Positions 1-8,781 of a stretch of DNA of 64,000 bases are shown in pieces. The stretch's first letter is position 1; every line of letters begins with the position of its first letter. The notes below the pieces were generated by a model. The model was not told the DNA's origin. It saw only the letters and a list, made by a program, of their open reading frames with translations, and ran no database searches. The stretch lies in the IMG/VR virus record IMGVR_UViG_3300021338_000003, positions 186,818 to 250,817 of that record; one strand, 5' to 3'. Both the position numbers and the translations under genes were made by a program.

Positions 1-2028
1 GTTACGGATGTCTCTCAAAAGAGCCTAGAGAAGCTCACCGAGCAGACTCTCCTCTATTCCCGAGTACTGGGCACTGATGCCAATCGTCTGCAGGAAGAAG
101 CAGCCCAACGGATGTTCAAATATGGTGAGAGCCACGACGAAGCTCTCACCAATATCGTCCGTGTCCGTCATCAGGTAGTGGCTCTCAATGACGACCTCCG
201 GGACCTCTTTCCGAACCAAGCAGCCATCTTTGATGACGATTTTCAAAACCGCCTCGATGCTGTAGCCAAGGGAACCAAGGGATATACCCAGGACCTCGGC
301 AACATGTCGGCCGCCCTATCTGTTGCCATCGAGCGCGGACAAAAGATGGGGATGACATACAACCAGTCCATGGATGCGGCCGAGAAGTTCGCGAACTTCC
401 TGTCCGGGAACAACCTCGACCAACGTACCCAGACTATGGTGGGCCTGGATCTCTTGGAAAAGTTCCAAGAGAATATAGGCCCTGGCGGTAAGATATCCGA
501 GGACTATCTTGCCCAATTCAATCCACAAATCCAATCCCAATTGCAAATGATTGCTCAGGCCCGCCAACGAGGTCAGGTAGACACTATTGTAGCCCGACGC
601 CTACAGTCTACCCTGGCTTCCACTGAACAAGGCATGGGGGCCCAACTGGACCTTCTGCAAAACCTTGCCGGCCGCGGAGGTGATGTTGCTCACATCCTAC
701 AGCGCATGGGCATGGATGAAATGGAGGCATATACTGTTTCAGATCTCCTGGCTTCTGGTGGTGGTCGTGAAGAATTGATGGGCGCCATCAGAAGGAGCCG
801 AGGCGCTGCCAGCAATCAAGCTCGAACGGCCGGAGGGGAAGATGCTATGCGTCGAATGTCCCTAGGCCACCAGGGTGCTGTCGGGACATTGGCCGCCGAG
901 GCTGTTACTGGCCGCAACGTGGGACGCGATGCGGGCCAGTATATGGCCTATTTGGAGGACTCCCGGGTGACCGGAGCCGCTGCCGGAGGTATTGCCGCTT
1001 TTGGCATCGCCGGCCGTCTATATGATGCCTACAAAAAGGGCGGAGTATCGGGGGCCATGGGCGAAATTCCAGGGGCACTATCCGAGCAGGCTGGTGTGGG
1101 CGGCGGAGCGGGTGATACATATGGCGGGGGCAGCGGGGCTGCTGGTGCCATCCCCGCAGACAACGATATGGCCAATGCTGTGGCTATTGGTGTTGATGCT
1201 GTCCTCCAGAAGTACACCACAGAAGGCAACATGCTCCGAGTCAGCGGGGCTGGTGGTGAGGGCCCTGGTGGTCCCCGCAGTATGCTTGGAGATCTCTATG
1301 GGTCATATGTTGAACGAAAGGGCCAGCAGACAGACATGGCCAAGTCTATCATGCGTCTCCCCGGTGTACGTGGTGTCCTAGGCAAGATGATCGTTTCGAG
1401 CCTGATGGGCGGGGGCGCTACGGCGGCGGCTGGAGGTGGAGCAGCTGCTACCGGTGCTGGCGGTATAGGAGCCGGAACCGTAGCCGCCGGAGGGGCTGTT
1501 GTTGGTGGCGGAGCATTGGCTACGTTGGCTGCCATAGGCGCCGCTGGTACTGCTGTTGCTGGCGCCTTCTCGGCCCCCGCTGCTGGGTTCTTCGCCGCAG
1601 GCTCCCGAATGAATCGAGCCGAAGCCCTGCTTCGAAAGGTCAAGGGTGCTTCAAATCGCAAGGGGCCCCTTGGCGTCGGTATTGGTAAGGGGCTTGACCC
1701 TGGAGCTTGGGCCAAAATTTCCAAGGAGTTGGCCCAAGAGCCCGATTCCGTAGTACAGGGCCTGGTCAAAGACGGCGTCATTGCTCCAGAACTTGGCCAG
1801 GAAGTCCTCATGATGAAGAGGGCCAGTACCATGACCCAATCTGTGGCATCAGCCATACCGCAGGCTTCCAACGCTGCCATGGCCCAGAACCTCGCAGGTG
1901 GAGGAATGGCTTCTGCCGCCCTTGGAGAAGTGGCCAATATCCTTCCGAATGGTGATGTAATACTTCGAATCGTCAATGGGATGGCAATCCCAGCAGCGTA
2001 TGACAAGGCTAAATCCGATATGTACTAG
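1..2028 (+). CDS. C-terminal part of a large Gly/Ala-rich tail protein, tape-measure-like (5'-truncated)
   Basis: Frame 1 is open from base 1 to TAG at 2026-2028; long helical Ala/Gly/Met-rich low-complexity sequence. The function call is compositional inference only. Confidence 0.4.
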   Translation, partial: VTDVSQKSLEKLTEQTLLYSRVLGTDANRLQEEAAQRMFKYGESHDEALTNIVRVRHQVVALNDDLRDLFPNQAAIFDDDFQNRLDAVAKGTKGYTQDLGNMSAALSVAIERGQKMGMTYNQSMDAAEKFANFLSGNNLDQRTQTMVGLDLLEKFQENIGPGGKISEDYLAQFNPQIQSQLQMIAQARQRGQVDTIVARRLQSTLASTEQGMGAQLDLLQNLAGRGGDVAHILQRMGMDEMEAYTVSDLLASGGGREELMGAIRRSRGAASNQARTAGGEDAMRRMSLGHQGAVGTLAAEAVTGRNVGRDAGQYMAYLEDSRVTGAAAGGIAAFGIAGRLYDAYKKGGVSGAMGEIPGALSEQAGVGGGAGDTYGGGSGAAGAIPADNDMANAVAIGVDAVLQKYTTEGNMLRVSGAGGEGPGGPRSMLGDLYGSYVERKGQQTDMAKSIMRLPGVRGVLGKMIVSSLMGGGATAAAGGGAAATGAGGIGAGTVAAGGAVVGGGALATLAAIGAAGTAVAGAFSAPAAGFFAAGSRMNRAEALLRKVKGASNRKGPLGVGIGKGLDPGAWAKISKELAQEPDSVVQGLVKDGVIAPELGQEVLMMKRASTMTQSVASAIPQASNAAMAQNLAGGGMASAALGEVANILPNGDVILRIVNGMAIPAAYDKAKSDMY

Positions 2029-2043
2029 ACCATAGGAGGTCAC

Positions 2044-2520
2044 ATGCGGAAGTGTTATGTTTTTGCCAACCCTGAAGACATCACCCAATACATGATGTTG
2101 GGTTGTAGAGATAAGTTCCTGACGCCCCTAATCGATGTCAAAAAGGGCCAACTCTTCACCCTAGAAGACTCCGGGGACGGGAACCTTGTTGAAGATGGTA
2201 CGATCATCAACATCGCCCTGGAAGACGCCAAGTGTACTGGCGGAACAGCTGGTATCCAGTGTACCCCCGTCTTCAAGACCATAGGTGTTCAGATCTTCAA
2301 AATCGGGTACATTGAGGGGGATGTGACCAAGGGCATCAACGATGCCGCAGATACTGCTTTCCAGAAGTATTGTCTCGCTCGGGCCCACAAGGAAGGAACG
2401 GTAGTAGTGACCGTAGGTGACGAAACGTGGACCCCCAGGGAAGAAGACCTAGAGGAGTTTGCTCGCCTCTGGAGGAACGCCGAATCTATAGTGGTGGAGG
2501 GACCTGAAAATGTCCAGTGA
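2044..2520 (+). CDS. Hypothetical protein with a C-terminal portal-like segment
   Basis: AGGAGG SD upstream; C-terminal VGDETWTPREEDLEEFARLWRNAE resembles portal VGNEVWEPTDDQLDAIAAMWMGAE. Confidence 0.6.
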   Translation: MRKCYVFANPEDITQYMMLGCRDKFLTPLIDVKKGQLFTLEDSGDGNLVEDGTIINIALEDAKCTGGTAGIQCTPVFKTIGVQIFKIGYIEGDVTKGINDAADTAFQKYCLARAHKEGTVVVTVGDETWTPREEDLEEFARLWRNAESIVVEGPENVQ

Positions 2521-2764
2521 GAGGTTTGTATTGGCCATTTCCTCGGGAACCCTGAGGGTCCGCAATGATGAGCGGGTGTCGGTGTCCCTAACCATTCCCT
2601 TGGAGGACGGCAAGAAGAAGATTGTCCATGTGCGGGCCGGTCAGGAAACGGACCTCAGTCGAGTGAAAGGGACCAACATTGCCCTCATCCGAAAGTGTGC
2701 CCCACTCAAAGAGGACTTGATCTCCAATCGAATCTTCATTGTAGACACCTGGACGAAGAGATGA
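2510..2764 (+). CDS. Small hypothetical (probably virion) protein
   Basis: Coupled ORF; loosely resembles the N-terminal domain of ORF 49623..50309. Confidence 0.5.
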   Translation: MSSERFVLAISSGTLRVRNDERVSVSLTIPLEDGKKKIVHVRAGQETDLSRVKGTNIALIRKCAPLKEDLISNRIFIVDTWTKR

Positions 2765-3273
2765 GTCAGAGGGAGGGCTTCGTACACTGTGAGGTTTGTG
2801 CGAAGCTTACCCCCAAAGCCTTCGCCGACCGCCACCACGTCACACCCCAGGCGGTCGGCAAGCAGGCCGACAACTCGGATGAGAATCTCATATGGTTATG
2901 CTCCGGGTGTCACCAAAACCTCCACTCCCTGGCCCACTTCCTAATGAAAGGAAGGACAACCGAAGCCAAAGACCTCGCAGAATCCTGGTATACGAACACT
3001 GGTGCTGTTCGCAAGGTTCTCAACTTCGCATCTCATGTGGTTAAAGAGATGATAGCCATGCGGGAAGGCGAACGAGAACTCCCTGAAGAAGTCAGGATCA
3101 CAATCACGGTGCCGCGACGAACATATACCCTCTTGAGACTTATGAGCCTGGAGAAGAGGGGTCACAGACAGTTCACACCGTTTGTGAGAGACCATCTGGC
3201 TCAGATAGCTTCGAAGTACGAGGTGGGGTTCAAAGTGTCTCCCACTGAGTTCGAAACAACAGACTTCGATTGA
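2761..3273 (+). CDS. HNH endonuclease-domain protein
   Basis: CEVC..DRHHVTP...NLIWLCSGCHQNLH matches the HNH/Zn pattern; ATGA overlap with the upstream stop. Confidence 0.65.
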   Translation: MSQREGFVHCEVCAKLTPKAFADRHHVTPQAVGKQADNSDENLIWLCSGCHQNLHSLAHFLMKGRTTEAKDLAESWYTNTGAVRKVLNFASHVVKEMIAMREGERELPEEVRITITVPRRTYTLLRLMSLEKRGHRQFTPFVRDHLAQIASKYEVGFKVSPTEFETTDFD

Positions 3274-3303
3274 ACCCCACAAGGGACTACCAGGAGTATT
3301 TCC

Positions 3304-4068
3304 ATGTCTGACATTCTCACCATTACCGCGCTGGTCTCTTCGGTGACTATCCGGGGCTTCAGCAGCGATGAGCAGCCGCTGGCCCAGGGCCTGGCCTCGA
3401 AGAGCCTCGGCACCATTCCGTCTCTCGACACCTCGGCCACTGTGTCCGCCAGTGAGGCTGCTGCCTTCGGCGGTCGCTTGGCCACCGAGCTGTCGGCCCA
3501 CATCTCTGGCGGCACCATTCAGGTCACCCTGGGTGGTCAGGTCATGACCGCTGCCGAGATGAACCGTCTCGCTGCTGGTTACCTGCGTCAGCGCATCGGC
3601 TTCAACCTTGCAGGCAAAGTCTCGGCTATCACTGGTACCTGGACCGAGTCTTATGCCGGTTCTGGTGTCTGGGAGGTTGCCCGTACTGCTGCTGCTGCTG
3701 CTCAGTCTGCAGCCATCGACATCCCCACCTCTGTGGCGGGTATGCTCGTTTCCGGTATCGAGTTGACGTACAAGGTCGAGACTGCTCTGGTGACTGATGT
3801 GGATGTGGTCCTCTACAAGGCCACTTCCCCCGAAGATGGCTCGGCCCCTGCTGGTGCCAGCATCTCGGCCAGCCAGACGTATGATGCCGGGCATGACACT
3901 TCTGCCGAGCGTGGCGCTGTGGCCCAGCATACCATGGAGGTTTTGCTCGCTGCTCCGACCCAGGTGGCCGAGGGTGAGAACCTAACCCTCGAAGTCGAAG
4001 TCGATGGGACCGCTACAGGTGACGTCACCCTCCAAGCGTTTTGCCTGATCGCTGACATTCCTGTCTGA
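3304..4068 (+). CDS. Putative virion structural protein (paralog A)
   Basis: AGGAG SD; strongly biased codons; N-terminal ~100 aa paralogous to the next ORF. Confidence 0.55.
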   Translation: MSDILTITALVSSVTIRGFSSDEQPLAQGLASKSLGTIPSLDTSATVSASEAAAFGGRLATELSAHISGGTIQVTLGGQVMTAAEMNRLAAGYLRQRIGFNLAGKVSAITGTWTESYAGSGVWEVARTAAAAAQSAAIDIPTSVAGMLVSGIELTYKVETALVTDVDVVLYKATSPEDGSAPAGASISASQTYDAGHDTSAERGAVAQHTMEVLLAAPTQVAEGENLTLEVEVDGTATGDVTLQAFCLIADIPV

Positions 4069-4078
4069 GGGGTATACT

Positions 4079-4870
4079 GTGGATTTTGTCACTATCACTG
4101 CTCTGCTGACTGTAGTGTCCCTCCCTATTCTGGGAGGATACGGAGGGTCGCAGCCAACGAGCACTAACATCGGTCTCAAAACCGGGTATAAACGCACTGT
4201 GAATGTGCCGATATCAGAGCTTGTACAAGATGGTGGCCGAATTGCTTCCTCGATGGCCTCCCTCATCCGAGGTGGGGCCATCGAGGCCACCTTCAATGGC
4301 GATGTTTTCACATCGTTTCAGATGGAACGTCTGGCAGCTGGTTTCCTCACCAAGAAAGAAACCATACCATTTGGAAACATGATCGGAAACCAGACAGCCG
4401 GATACTCCGGTGTCTGGGACTTTCTATACGTGATTCTCGCAGGGTCGGGACAGTGGGTTTTGACCACTGCCGATGGTGCTTTTGGCCAAAATTCCTTGTA
4501 CATGGATTTTCGGCCAAAAACTGGGTCTATGCTTCGTGAGATCGAGGTATCATACAACATCGACGTCGATGTTGGTTCCGTGTCTGTATTTGCGTTCTAC
4601 GCAAATAAGACAGCCTCTGTAGGAGCGTGGGCGTCAAACGAACCCGGGTACAACATCGCTAGTGCTGTCCGAAACAAGACTGCCAGCTCTCCTTTTACTC
4701 TGGTTGCTGACCACAACGGGGCTAACAGTAACAACCTCGGCGCCAACCGAGTACTGGCTGATGACGAGCATTTCACCATATTTGTGTCCTTCGAGGGTAC
4801 CAGCCCCACTCTTGATGGTCAAGTACAGGTGACAGGCGTAGAAGTAACATACGAAGAGCCAGTGTTCTAA
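4079..4870 (+). CDS. Putative virion structural protein (paralog B)
   Basis: Shares TITAL...GGRIAS..LIRGGAIEATFNGDVFTSFQMERLAAGFL with paralog A; beta-rich C-terminus. Confidence 0.55.
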   Translation: MDFVTITALLTVVSLPILGGYGGSQPTSTNIGLKTGYKRTVNVPISELVQDGGRIASSMASLIRGGAIEATFNGDVFTSFQMERLAAGFLTKKETIPFGNMIGNQTAGYSGVWDFLYVILAGSGQWVLTTADGAFGQNSLYMDFRPKTGSMLREIEVSYNIDVDVGSVSVFAFYANKTASVGAWASNEPGYNIASAVRNKTASSPFTLVADHNGANSNNLGANRVLADDEHFTIFVSFEGTSPTLDGQVQVTGVEVTYEEPVF

Positions 4871-4898
4871 GGGTCCTAGATGACCCCAGGCACGATCC

Positions 4899-4934
4899 CT
4901 GCGGCCAGCCGGAATTTCAACCGGCTGGCCGCAG
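4899..4934. terminator. 14-bp perfect inverted repeat, probable terminator
   Basis: ctgcggccagccgg-aatttcaa-ccggctggccgcag downstream of the 4870 stop. Confidence 0.65.
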
Positions 4935-5082
4935 TTGTAGTCAGACATCGCTTCCACCGATGTCTTCTCCCTAAATGCCTTTCTTGAGTTGCAACACGGT
5001 TAGGATCGTGTTACTTTGGTTATGGCACCCACTCCCCGAGTGCCACAACCCTACCTCCCCCTCTTCCCGAGAGCACTGCAGC

Positions 5083-6408
5083 ATGCCCACTGCCATCTTT
5101 CGTGTGGTGCGGAATTATTTTCCGCACCTGGCCTCCCACCAATATCGTTCAATCCTTCACTCCACATATGGTTTCTGCCTCGGTCTCCACGACCACAATG
5201 CCCTGGCCCGAATTGTCAAAGCCCAGGGATTTGACCACAAGGAGGCATCGGAATTTCGGGAAGTCCTCAAGTACAATTGCTACGCCCGTTTCATCTTTTG
5301 GCGATCAGTGATTCACTACCTCCGAGGGGGAGACGAAGAAATCGGCAAACGAAGGTTCCAGTTTGACGAGGAGGATGTCAACGCCTGCCTGTCTCTACTG
5401 ACTGACGACGAGTTCATCCGGGTTTTGCATAAGGCGAGCTTCGAATCCATTTTCATGCAGGACCAAGAGACAATCGACCGGGTCATCGCTGAAACGGATG
5501 TTACCTGCCACTCAGTGGCTAGCCAGCGACTCAAGTGGATCGAGCGCACTGACCCTTCCTTTGATGGGTATTCCGAGTTGAAGGAAGAGTCTATTCGGAT
5601 TGCCTACTATTACTCACATTTCCCGGATTCAGCACGCCTCAAAGCATACATCGTCAGATCCATATACAACAAAGCCGCGTACCTTCAGTCCGAGATGTCA
5701 AAAGACCAACGACAGCGACAGCGCAAACTTCCCGAACTTCGCTGCCCAGACTGCCTGAAAGAATACGTCCACCGGGCCAAGACCCTGGATGGGAAGGAGC
5801 ATGGACAATCGGGGACTTTCTTCTGTCCAGTATGTTTTAAGAAGAAGTCCCTGCTCGTCCCCCTTAAGTGGATTCGTACCGACCGCGAATACGAAACCAT
5901 GGTCATCTCCGCTGATGTCCGCACCGACGATGGGCGCTGCGTCGGTGACTGCCTTTCAGGCAATGAGACCGAATCCTCTATCACTCACCATATGGACTAC
6001 AGGGCGGTTACCAAGAAACTCTCTGAAAAGTCGTCGGAGTTCCTCCGCATCCTATTGGAGGGTGACCTGAAGTTTGATATGTGGTGTGCTGAGAACCGCA
6101 AGAAGGTCCGAGGTATCGAGTCTGAATGCCTTCTCATTTGTGAGTACATCGGGGCCAACCCGGCCAAGGTTAAGGGTGACCTTGGCGATGCCTATGGTGG
6201 CCCACAGGTATTTGTGGTGCGGGCAGATGGGGAACAGGACCTGGTCATGGCCAGTACACGACGGGAGGCGTGTAGATATGTAGCATCTCATTACCGCTTT
6301 GCGAGCGTTAAGGAGATGGAAGACGAACTCGGGACGATCGAGGTACGTCGCTGCCGGGAAGCAGCTTCACTCAAGATGCAGGTTGGGCAAGTCCTGCCAT
6401 ACGAGTGA
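5083..6408 (+). CDS. Hypothetical protein, possibly a sigma-factor-like transcription protein with a Zn ribbon
   Basis: Helical region LKAYIVRSIYNKAAYL followed by CPDC...CPVC. The sigma resemblance is weak inference; the ORF track start is 4975. Confidence 0.4.
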   Translation: MPTAIFRVVRNYFPHLASHQYRSILHSTYGFCLGLHDHNALARIVKAQGFDHKEASEFREVLKYNCYARFIFWRSVIHYLRGGDEEIGKRRFQFDEEDVNACLSLLTDDEFIRVLHKASFESIFMQDQETIDRVIAETDVTCHSVASQRLKWIERTDPSFDGYSELKEESIRIAYYYSHFPDSARLKAYIVRSIYNKAAYLQSEMSKDQRQRQRKLPELRCPDCLKEYVHRAKTLDGKEHGQSGTFFCPVCFKKKSLLVPLKWIRTDREYETMVISADVRTDDGRCVGDCLSGNETESSITHHMDYRAVTKKLSEKSSEFLRILLEGDLKFDMWCAENRKKVRGIESECLLICEYIGANPAKVKGDLGDAYGGPQVFVVRADGEQDLVMASTRREACRYVASHYRFASVKEMEDELGTIEVRRCREAASLKMQVGQVLPYE

Positions 6409-6461
6409 GCCCCATTCGGTGAGTCCCTGGGGAGGGTTCTTACCAAACGAATGAATGGGTG

Positions 6462-6491
6462 GCCCCACCGGAAATTCCGGTGGGGCCTTTG
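6462..6491 (+). terminator. Rho-independent terminator
   Basis: ggccccaccgg-aaatt-ccggtggggcc followed by ttt. Confidence 0.7.
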
Positions 6492-6528
6492 CTTTTGGTG
6501 ATTAAAGGCCCCGTTTGTGAGGGTGCCC

Positions 6529-7338
6529 ATGGACTTACGCGGCCGTTATCTTATACTATCCGGCGGATCTGATGGTAGTCGTAGACAGGATATCTCCCAT
6601 CTCATCGCTGCGGGCGGAGCCCACCTCAGCACTGTGACCGAGAGGGACGATCCAGAAGCCCTCAACGGATACCACACCAAGGTGACTGTCCTGTCCAGCA
6701 TGGACTGCTTCGTGGGAAATCGAGGCAAGTTTGACTTCAAGGTGACTCTTTGGCGGGATGCCATGAGGGATTGTGCCCGACGCTGTGAGCTTGCCATGGA
6801 ACGCGGGGTGTCCATAATAGTGATTGACGATCAACACAGCGAAAAGTGGATGGTCCAACCGTATTTGACTCTTGCTGATCGCTACAAGTATGAAGTCATC
6901 TCCTTCCGAATGAATGACCAACGAAATTTGGGCCGAGAGAGCATGGTCAAGCACAAAGGCAACCCCATGCCTTTGAAGGAAGAATGGAACCTGGTTGATG
7001 GGGATGGAGACCATGTCCAAGACCCCGCGGTTATTTCAGCCCTGACTGGATTCGTTATGGAGGATGTCGAGCCTGAAACCTTGGTAGAGGAAACCTCGTA
7101 TGATGGAATGACAACGATCGTTATCACGGCCGTTCGTCCAGATTCTACATATCACCCCCAAAGATACGAAGTTGGCCTTAAGAAGGCTCTCGGTGTGAAG
7201 ATGACCGAGGCCAAAAACATCCTCGCCGACTTGTGGGGTGAGAATGAGTATGTGAAGTCAGTGCCCATCAAGGATCTTAAGAAAATCCTCAATACACTAG
7301 AATCTCAGGGTTTCAGTGTCGAGGTACGTGATGTCTAA
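6529..7338 (+). CDS. Degenerate P-loop (N4BP2/AAA_33-like) domain fused to a ribosomal L7/L12 CTD-like domain
   Basis: IIVIDDQHSEKWMVQPYLTLADRYKYEV resembles N4BP2-type kinases; LKKALGVKMTEAKNIL resembles the L7/L12 CTD helix. Confidence 0.4.
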   Translation: MDLRGRYLILSGGSDGSRRQDISHLIAAGGAHLSTVTERDDPEALNGYHTKVTVLSSMDCFVGNRGKFDFKVTLWRDAMRDCARRCELAMERGVSIIVIDDQHSEKWMVQPYLTLADRYKYEVISFRMNDQRNLGRESMVKHKGNPMPLKEEWNLVDGDGDHVQDPAVISALTGFVMEDVEPETLVEETSYDGMTTIVITAVRPDSTYHPQRYEVGLKKALGVKMTEAKNILADLWGENEYVKSVPIKDLKKILNTLESQGFSVEVRDV

Positions 7339-8014
7339 CAAAAAAGGTGGCCACCTTTCCTTGATTGATGGGTTTGCTCCTAATGGGGAAACTGAGAGGT
7401 CCGGTCGTGCAGCCCTGAAAAAAGCTCGTGCATTGGCTGAAAAAGGCAAGGGGTCCAAAACCCTGGTGAGGGAAGCCGGGATTAATATAGAAGAGGCCCG
7501 AGAGATCGTCCAGGCATACCGGCGTGCTGCAACACGCCGAAGCTCAAAAGAAATCCTCGAAGACATGCTGGTTGGTACCCGGCAAATGCTACAAAAGGCC
7601 CGAGAAGGATTCATGGCAGACCCTTCGGGCAAGGCTGCCTATGCGGTATCAACCATTCTTTCCGAGCAGCGTTCCATCCTTGAAATGCTCAATAAGGAAA
7701 AGAAGCCTGAACAATTGGCCCTATCCATCCTACAGGACGCAGTCCAAATCCTTATCAAGGATATGCTTCGGGACACTGTTGAGGAGGCTCGGAAGGCTCA
7801 AGAGCGATGTGTAGCTGTTTCCTCTTCGACCAAACAAAGAGAAGCTGTCGAAAAAGCATTCGAGGATATGGCTAACGTCCTGGCCGATGCAACCGATGGT
7901 CACTACGAAAACGTAGCAAACCGTATTTGCGAAATTCAGAGCTGCAAGATCGAAGATGTACAGTCTCTTGCGGCCAAGATGGCCCTAGAAACCAACACCG
8001 GAGAAGGGTCATGA
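7331..8014 (+). CDS. Helical protein, candidate terminase small subunit
   Basis: Coiled-coil character, one gene upstream of terL. Positional inference. Confidence 0.3.
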   Translation: MSNKKGGHLSLIDGFAPNGETERSGRAALKKARALAEKGKGSKTLVREAGINIEEAREIVQAYRRAATRRSSKEILEDMLVGTRQMLQKAREGFMADPSGKAAYAVSTILSEQRSILEMLNKEKKPEQLALSILQDAVQILIKDMLRDTVEEARKAQERCVAVSSSTKQREAVEKAFEDMANVLADATDGHYENVANRICEIQSCKIEDVQSLAAKMALETNTGEGS

Positions 8015-8772
8015 ACAGAAGAGTTGAAGTCGAAGTTGAGGGTAAGACTCGCAGGTATATCTTGCACATCCCTGAACAATATCGAGCGAACCGTACTCTG
8101 CCCCTGATCATCGGATTTCATGGGGGAGGGGGGTCTGGAAAAATCTTCTCGAAGAAGTGGGTCAAGGCCCGAGATCGGGGCTTCCTGATGGCTTTTCCTT
8201 CGGCTGACTTGAATGGGGCCCGCAACTGGGTGGTTCCCAGTGATTCGCCGGACCCAGAGGTAGAAGACCGTTATCAGGACATCAAGTTTGTTCTAGGAAT
8301 GATAGACGAAATCCGAAAGGAATTCAGTGTAGGGAAGGTGTTTGCCGCCGGATTTTCTTCTGGCGGCAAAATGACATGGGGTCTGTCCTTCCATGCCACC
8401 GAGCACTTTGATGGGTTTGCTATAGCTGGCAGTCTTATCAACAAACGTGCGGTGGCAACTGTCCCAAACAATTCTAAGCCCGTATTTTTCACATCTGGTA
8501 CGTACGACTCACATAATTATGTAATCAAGACCACCTTCAACCAGACTGTCCGCAAAATTATCTCGGATCGGTTCATGCAGAATGAGATCCCCGAAAGGAC
8601 TATCATTCCGAACACTGGCCGTTCAAACAATAGCCCCTCCACTTTTGTGAGAGAGGCTAGATACTCTCGGGCTCTTATTCACCAGCGGGTTAGGGGCACG
8701 CATGAATGGCCTACCGAAAACGAATACAATGCTACTTTGATTTCGTTCAATTTCTTTTCCAGTCTGCTCTGA
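8011..8772 (+). CDS. Alpha/beta-hydrolase esterase, PHB depolymerase/LpqC-like
   Basis: RRYILHIP..PLIIGFHGGGGSG; nucleophile GFSSGG; GTYD Asp; GTHEWP His. Confidence 0.8.
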   Translation: MNRRVEVEVEGKTRRYILHIPEQYRANRTLPLIIGFHGGGGSGKIFSKKWVKARDRGFLMAFPSADLNGARNWVVPSDSPDPEVEDRYQDIKFVLGMIDEIRKEFSVGKVFAAGFSSGGKMTWGLSFHATEHFDGFAIAGSLINKRAVATVPNNSKPVFFTSGTYDSHNYVIKTTFNQTVRKIISDRFMQNEIPERTIIPNTGRSNNSPSTFVREARYSRALIHQRVRGTHEWPTENEYNATLISFNFFSSLL

Positions 8773-8781
8773 GGTATCGAC

